Shown here: positions 61,052 to 64,000 of the stretch, in pieces
How the letters are laid out: each line of letters opens with the position of its first letter
Position numbering within the stretch: the first letter of the stretch is position 1
Source: Azolla caroliniana
Lineage: Eukaryota; Plantae; Polypodiophyta
Assembly (NCBI GenBank): GCA_043228905.1
Contig: JBHGNT010000020.1
Location: forward strand, 3,348,001 to 3,412,000
Direction: 5' to 3'
Length of the DNA stretch: 64,000 bases
The notes under the pieces: generated by a model
The model's input: the letters and a program-made list of their open reading frames with translations, nothing else
What the model was told of the DNA's origin: nothing
The model's database searches: none
Translations under genes and position numbers: made by a program

Positions 61052-64000
61052 CTATCGGTTTTCCGGGATAGTCTTTGTCAGTATCGGTGTCGGTTCTTCC
61101 TCGATCCGGATATCTTCGGCAGCGTCTGTCGGTGTCGGTTCCTCATCTTGCCGGATTTCCGGGTTTTGCTTGAACGGGTTGGCTGGCATATTTCCCTTAT
61201 ACGGCTTTAGCCGAAACCCATTTGCCCACTTACCGATGACATCTCCAGACAACGTGCCGAGCTGATACGACCCATTGTACTCCTTGGTGATCCAGAACGG
61301 TCCGGTCCACCGAAACCGCAACTTTCCCGGCATGTTCCCCATCCGTGTCTGGAATAGTAGCACCGGTTTCCCGACTTCGAACTCCTTTTCGTTGCCACGC
61401 CGGTGTCGGTCCACGAAAGCTTTTCTCCTCCTTTGCTCCAGTTCGAGTTGTAGTAAGCTGGCTATTCGGTTTTCTTCTAATTCCAACAACGTCGCCAGCC
61501 GAATTCGTTCGGACTCCTTCTCACTTAAGCGCTCCTTTACCTGGATCCGTAAGCTGGGGATCTGGAACTCTACCGGCATGACCGCTTCTAAACCGAATGC
61601 TAGTCGGAACGGGGTTGTCCAGATGCTGGTTTTGTACGTTGTTCGGTACGCCCATAGCGCGCTTTGCAATTTCGTATCCCAGTCGGTCCGGTTCTCGTTG
61701 ACGATTTTTCGTAGGATGTTCTGCAGAGTTTTGTTCGTTGATTCCGCTAGTCCATTGGCTTGAGGGTAGTAGGGAGTACTCCTTTTATGTACCACCGCGT
61801 AAAATGACGTCAGGCTTTCTACTACCTGCCCGAGAAAATGTCCTCCTTGGTCACTTATAAGCTCGATCGGGCATCCATAACGGCACCATATGCACTCGTA
61901 CAGAAACTTTGTCGTGGACGCGGTCGTGTTGTCCCGTAAGGCCTTTGCTTCTACCCATTTGGTGCAATAGTCGGTCGCCACTATGACATACCGATTTCCG
62001 GTTCGCATTGCCGGTGGCTTGAAGGGACCGACAAAGTCCAAACCCCACTTTTGAAACGGTTCCAAAGGCAAGACCGGGTGGTGTGGCATCCAGGCCTGCT
62101 CCGTGGGTTGGCCCAGTCGTTGACACAAATCGCATTCTCTGCTATACTTCACGGCATCTTTTAGGGTGGTGGGCCACCACAGTCCACTCTGCCATATTTT
62201 CCGAGCGGTTGCGTCGCCAGCAATTCCACAGTGGGCTTCCCTGAGGATTAAATCCTTCTCATCGCTCCACACTGCTCGTCTCCAGATGCCATCTGCCCCC
62301 TTGTGATAGAGGGTGTCTCCAACCAAGCAGAAATGTCTGCTTCTTACTGCTACCCTTTTCCTTTCATCGCGGTCCATGTTCTCCGGGGGTACTCCGGTGC
62401 TCAGGAACTGATGCATCTCAGTTAGCCACGTGTCTTCATCGGCTACCGTTGCATCCGTTGCCGGTTTCGTCGTGATCCGGAACAACTCGGCGTCGGGGAA
62501 CTCATCCTGGACGCCGTCCCCTGCTTCTCCGGATTCGAGTCTGCTTAGGTAGTCCGCTACCGCATGCTGCGCCCCGGGTCGGTGGAAAATGTCGAATTCA
62601 AATTCCTGTAACAACAGTGTCCATCGTGCAATTTTTCCTGTCAGGGATGCCTTCGAGACCAGGTAGAGTAGTGCCGAATGGTCGAAATGGAAGGAAAACT
62701 TCCTTCCGAGAAGATAGTGCCTGTACTTTGTGACACTATACACCATTCCCAATGCCTCGCGTTCCGTCGTAGAGTAGTTCCGTTCGGCTTTTGAGAGTTT
62801 CCGGTTTGCGTTGTACACCGGTCGGTACCATTTCGGCTCCGTGAGTTGCATCAGAACGCTGCCGATTGCTACGTCCGACGCGTCGACGAAGACGTGAAAG
62901 CTTTTACTCCAATCCGGCGGTTGCACCACCGGAGCTTGCGACAGCATAACCTTCAACGCTTGGTAGGCTTCCTCCTCCGTCTCCGCCCATAGGAAGGGTA
63001 CCCTGTGTACGGCGGTATGTAATGGTGTAGCGAAGTGTGCGAGGTGCCGTATCATCCGGATATGCCACCTTATTTGGCCCAGGAACCGGCTTAAAGCCTT
63101 TGCGTTATTTGGTGCTGGTGCCTCGAGAATCGCCTTGACTTTATCCGGATCTACCGCGATTCCTTCCTTACTCACCACATGCCCTAGTAAGTTGCCGCTT
63201 GCCACTCCAAAGACGCACTTGGCCGGGTTCAGACTTAACCGGTACTCGCAGCACTTCTCCAAGCACAGTCGGAGGTGATCGAGATGCTCTCCGTGCCGGC
63301 TGTAGACCGCGAAATCGTCAAGGAAGACCTGCATAAAACCGGGGATATATTCCCCGAAAATTTCCATTATTATCCTTTGAAAGGTCGTTGGAGCCGTCTT
63401 TAGTCCGAACATCATCACGACCGCGACGAACACTCCCCATTCCATAACGAACGTTGTCTTCTCCTGGTCGGCCGGGTTCATTCGTATTTGGTTGTAGCCG
63501 CTAAATCCATCCAGGAAGCTGTAAACTTCGTGGCCGGCTACCGCATCTAACACCCCGTCCGTAAATGGTAGTGGAAACGCATCGGTCACTGTTGCGGCAT
63601 TTAGTTTTCGGTAGTCCACGCATACCCGGATTTTGCCGTTCTTTTTCGGGACCACCACTATCGGACTCAGCCAGGTTGCCTGCTTGACTGGTCGGATAGA
63701 TCCGACCCGGAGGAGCTTATCAATCTCCTCCTTCACCTTCGCCGCATAATTCGGATTCATCTAGTACCTGCGTTGAGCGATCGGTTTCGCGTCCGTACTT
63801 AGGTGAATTTGGTGCTGATAGAGCTGGGGGTCCAGCCCTCGCATGTCTTCGTACGACCACGCGAACACATCCTTGAAGTCTGTTAATAATGATATCATTG
63901 CCTTCTTTTCTTCCTTCGGCAATTCCTTTGCGACATTTACCGGTCGGGGCTTGTCTGTTGTGCCGAGGTCCACCTCCTCTAGTTGGGATGCTTTTACCCT
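61052..64000 (-). pseudogene. pol: pol (RT-RH-IN) with a premature TAG at 63761 and a 4-aa deletion in the integrase HHCC
   Basis: RRY*MNPNY; HCGIAG----DATARK versus HCGVSGGHYAGEATTRK in the paralog. Confidence 0.92.

Larger units (their letters stand above)
57239..64000 (-). mobile_element. Second Athila-like element with ORF3 (diverged subfamily); 5' half lies outside the window
   Basis: 3' LTR 57239-57631 (TGTTG...TCAACA); pol and ORF3 collinear with 45269-55100. Confidence 0.92.

Overview
Eukaryotic, gene-free, deeply nested transposon cluster, most likely from a non-seed land plant (inferred from the lineage mix); no host gene is supported. Left to right: Tnt1/Tork-like Ty1/copia fragments and solo LTRs, one copy interrupted by an apparently intact chromovirus (4459-10241, matching LTRs, CCGGG TSD); a decayed Athila-like Ty3/gypsy interrupted by a gag-only LTR element with a tRNA-Trp PBS and 4-bp TSD; a decayed hAT interrupted by a second chromovirus (23517-28979) and by a 10.5-kb Sola2-like DNA transposon (30459-40983; GGG...CCC TIRs, AAAA TSD) carrying a convergent RING-H2 accessory gene; a second copia family interrupted by solo LTRs and by two Athila-like elements (45269-55100, and 57239 to beyond the window). 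Top candidate for a new system: both Athila-like elements have no polypurine tract next to the 3' LTR. In its place is a conserved tRNA-Arg 3'-end copy ending in CCA, 2 nt from the LTR, preceded by a covarying hairpin. This is a second, opposite-strand PBS and suggests plus-strand priming by a tRNA or tRNA mimic. Also notable: both chromoviruses show Tf1-type self-priming with identical geometry, and the Sola2 accessory gene and the retroelement extra ORF share a protein motif. Lineage and tRNA names rest on recalled consensus motifs, not database searches.
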